Of a stretch of 64,000 bases of DNA, positions 61,729 to 64,000 are shown piece by piece. The notes under the pieces are model-generated. The model was not told the origin of the DNA, did no database searches, and saw only the letters and a list, made by a program, of their open reading frames with translations. A program made the position numbers and the translations under genes. How positions within the stretch are numbered: the stretch's first letter is position 1; each line of letters begins with the position of its first letter. The stretch lies in the NCBI GenBank assembly GCA_013390605.1, contig JACAUB010000001.1, positions 5,054,250 through 5,118,249 on the forward strand, in the 5' to 3' direction. This DNA is from Bacteroidota bacterium. GTDB lineage: Bacteria; Bacteroidota; Bacteroidia; Bacteroidales; Cfx3-03.

Positions 61729-62115
61729 AAATGGATGTTTTTTTGTGATAATGTAGATCATTGCCTAATAATCCTTCGAAATTCAACAGGAATATTTAAA
61801 GGCTTTTAAGTAATGAAAGTAAGGGTTTTTACAGTTAAAAATTAATCGATAAAAATAGATATTGTTAATGATTTTCATCTCTTTTTCTTTCTTTTTTTAT
61901 CGAAATAAATCGATACTTACAAAAAAAAATGCAATCATCCAATAGGTGAAAAATTCATAACTAAACCAAATAGATGCATAAAGGGGAAACCTGAGGTATA
62001 TATTAAAGGTTTAAATTGTTAAATAGTTAACAGTAGTCATTAAAATCTAAAAAACTAAGTTGTAACGCACACAAATACAATACGTAATAAACTTTATTAA
62101 AGATGCAAACTTTTC

Positions 62116-62145
62116 TTTGCCAATTCACGGAATTATTTAAATTTG
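62116..62145 (+). promoter_or_regulatory. -33/-7 promoter for the EF-G paralog
   Basis: TTTG (62116-62119), 18 nt, TAAATTTG (62138-62145), upstream of ATG 62184. Confidence 0.6.
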
Positions 62146-62183
62146 CGAGTACAGATATTAATTAATTATTAAATTTTAATGAT

Positions 62184-64000
62184 ATGAAGGTCTACAATTC
62201 GAATGAAGTAAAAAATGTGGTACTCATTGGAGGAGCGAAAACCGGCAAGACAACCCTGGCAGAGTGTATGCTCTTCGAGAGTGGGTTGATCTCACGCCGG
62301 GGATCCATTGAGGACAAGAATACCGTTTCTGACTACCGCGCGATCGAGTTAGAACGTCAAAATTCAGTATCATCTACAGTATTATATGCTGAATTTAATG
62401 GAAAGAAGATTAATATTATTGATGCTCCAGGTTTTGATGATTATGTAGGGGAGGTAGTATCAGCTTTAACTGTTTGCGACACAGCCATTATGTTGGTGAA
62501 TGCTCAAAACGGTGTTGAAGTAGGTACTGAAATTCACTGGAGAAATACCAGAAGACAAAGTACCCCTGTTATTTTTGCTGTAAACCATCTAGACCACGAA
62601 AATTCAAATTTCGACGAAACAGTTCGTCAGTTAAAAACCCAGTTTGGGAAGAATCTTGTAATTTGCCAATATCCTGTTAATCCAGGTATTGGTTACAATG
62701 CACTTATCGACGTTCTTCAAATGAAGATGTTCAAGTTCGTCGATGGAAAAACAGAGATATTAGATATTCCGGAATCGGAAAAAGAAAAAGCAGAAGAACA
62801 TCAGTTGGCACTTATGGAGTCGGCAGCTGAAAGTGATGAAGCATTGATGGAAATCTTCTTTGATAAGGGTATCCTTACTGAAGAAGAAATGGTCAAAGGA
62901 TTTTTGTTAGGATTAACTTCACGTGGTCTATTCCCACTATTTTGTATAGATGCAAAGCACAATTATGGTGTAAACCGATTGATGCAATTCATTCTGAATG
63001 CAGTTCCTTCCCCTCAAGATATGCCCGGTCGTAAAACCAATGCCGGAACTGAATTAAAATGCGATCCCAAAGCACCAATGTCGTTGTTCATTTACAAAAC
63101 TGCCATTGAAGAACACCTTGGCGAGATGAGCTTCTTTAAAGTCTATGCCGGCGAAGTTACCGAAGGTATGGATATCTCAAATGGAAATAACGGACAAAAA
63201 GAGAGAATTTCTCAGTTGTTTGTTGTCTCAGGAAAAAAACGAGAAAAGGTTGAGAAAATAGTTGCCGGCGATCTGGGTGCTGCCATTAAAATGAAATCAG
63301 CACACACCTGTGATACCCTTAACTCATTGAAAAACCCGGATATTCAAATTGAACCAATTAATTTCCCGGCCCCAAAAATCAGTATGGCTGTCCGTGCAAA
63401 AAATCAGGCTGACGAAGAAAAACTGGGAACATTATTACATGAATACAATAAAGTTGATAAAACTTTTTCAGCAAACTTCTCTAAAGAGCTAAAACAGAAT
63501 ATTGCACAAGCTCAGGGAGAGTTGCATTTAAATACAGTGAAGTGGTTGGTTGAGCATATCAACAAAATTCCTATTGAATATTATGCTCCTAAGATCCCAT
63601 ATCGCGAAACTATTACCAAGCAGGCCAAGGCAATGTATCGTCATAAAAAACAATCGGGTGGTTCCGGACAGTTTGGAGAAGTACATATGTTGATTCAGCC
63701 CTATTTTGAAGGCATGAAACACCCAACCGAGTTTCCGGTACGTGGTGTTGAAGAACACATTCTTCCTTGGGGTGGTAAGTTGGTTTATCATAACTGTATC
63801 GTAGGTGGTGCAATTGATGCCCGTTTTATGCCAGCTATCGTAAAAGGATTGATGGAAAAGATGGAAGAAGGTCCATTAACCGGTTCATATGCACGCGATA
63901 TTGCTGTTTACGTATTTGATGGTAAGATGCACCCGGTAGATTCTAACGAAATCTCCTTTAAGCTGGCCGGACGTAATGCCTTCCGCGAAGCCTTTAAGAA
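62184..64000 (+). CDS. fusA2: elongation factor G paralog (EF-G2), 3' end beyond window
   Basis: Manual translation: MKVYNSNEVKNVVLIGGAKTGKTT...DAPGFDDY...NHLD...PKIPYRETI...HKKQSGGSGQFGEV...DGKMHPVDSNEISFK. Confidence 0.92.
   Translation, partial: MKVYNSNEVKNVVLIGGAKTGKTTLAECMLFESGLISRRGSIEDKNTVSDYRAIELERQNSVSSTVLYAEFNGKKINIIDAPGFDDYVGEVVSALTVCDTAIMLVNAQNGVEVGTEIHWRNTRRQSTPVIFAVNHLDHENSNFDETVRQLKTQFGKNLVICQYPVNPGIGYNALIDVLQMKMFKFVDGKTEILDIPESEKEKAEEHQLALMESAAESDEALMEIFFDKGILTEEEMVKGFLLGLTSRGLFPLFCIDAKHNYGVNRLMQFILNAVPSPQDMPGRKTNAGTELKCDPKAPMSLFIYKTAIEEHLGEMSFFKVYAGEVTEGMDISNGNNGQKERISQLFVVSGKKREKVEKIVAGDLGAAIKMKSAHTCDTLNSLKNPDIQIEPINFPAPKISMAVRAKNQADEEKLGTLLHEYNKVDKTFSANFSKELKQNIAQAQGELHLNTVKWLVEHINKIPIEYYAPKIPYRETITKQAKAMYRHKKQSGGSGQFGEVHMLIQPYFEGMKHPTEFPVRGVEEHILPWGGKLVYHNCIVGGAIDARFMPAIVKGLMEKMEEGPLTGSYARDIAVYVFDGKMHPVDSNEISFKLAGRNAFREAFK

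Overview
AT-rich chromosomal segment of a Bacteroidota organism, probably Bacteroidales/Marinilabiliales. This is inferred from the SusC/SusD pair, TAnnTTTG promoters and an EF-G2 paralog. Housekeeping and accessory genes include pgl, zwf, a heterodimeric ABC exporter, M16 and M13 peptidases, DedA plus a GT4, a secreted adenosine deaminase, ChaN, acs, proBA, an AlkD-like glycosylase, a cystathionine gamma-synthase-like enzyme and a partial fusA2. They surround an ECF-sigma/FecR/SusC/SusD polysaccharide utilisation locus with many CAZymes (GH3, 2x GH43, GH27, GH36, GH105, GH29, GH42, 2x GH2, esterases). No rRNA, tRNA, CRISPR array or transposase was seen. The most interesting signals are non-coding. 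(1) An apparently complete leader-peptide/terminator/antiterminator attenuator upstream of proBA. (2) A family of ~200-bp intergenic elements built from a hairpin plus five phased 11-bp repeats and a fixed-distance TGATA box; there are three instances, two of them clearly homologous. (3) A DonS-like antisense sRNA over the susC 5' UTR. (4) Two MITE-like insertions with TIRs and target-site duplications, one splitting a terminator. All protein calls are from motif recognition by eye, not database searches.
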